From the NCBI RefSeq assembly GCF_030028105.1, contig NC_092397.1, forward strand, positions 24,748,630 to 24,812,629: DNA of 64,000 nt, written 5' to 3'. Each line of letters begins with the position of its first letter. The first letter of the stretch is position 1. The notes under the pieces are model-generated. The model ran no database searches and was not told the DNA's origin. It worked only from the letters and a program-made list of their open reading frames with translations. Origin of the DNA: Mobula birostris (taxonomy: Eukaryota). The translations under genes were made by a program, and so were the position numbers. This document shows, one piece after another, positions 63,954 to 64,000 of the stretch.

Positions 63954-64000
63954 CTCATTCTGAGGGTATTTTCCTCAGTTGTGGAGTTCTCATTCAGCAG

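Overview
Vertebrate genomic DNA, most likely from a cartilaginous fish (inferred from the divergent H1 type and the CR1/Rex1/Penelope-rich repeat landscape). It holds a dispersed replication-dependent histone cluster: H4 (+), H3.2 (+), H1 (-), H2A (-) and two H2B (-), all intronless with 3' stem-loops. Histone debris includes a 5'-truncated H3 pseudogene, an orphan H4 3' end and an orphan H2A promoter. There is a small tRNA group (intact iMet, internally deleted Asn, degenerate Asp), a decayed C2H2 zinc-finger gene, two minisatellite families and a 132-nt assembly gap. Most of the rest is nested, decayed non-LTR retrotransposons (CR1, Rex1/Babar, Nimb/I-like), Penelope-like fragments and a Tc1 fragment. 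Best leads: (1) 90-240 bp Penelope-derived insertions with 7-11 bp TSDs carrying a minimal hammerhead ribozyme motif and often folding back at it; (2) an otherwise intact H1 whose initiator codon reads ATA; (3) an H2B promoter whose divergent partner appears to be a spliced zinc-finger transcript rather than H2A; (4) an H2A promoter copy fused to a LINE ORF2; (5) a CpG-rich 27-bp array inside an unidentified coding relic. Repeat boundaries were read by eye and are approximate; no searches were run.
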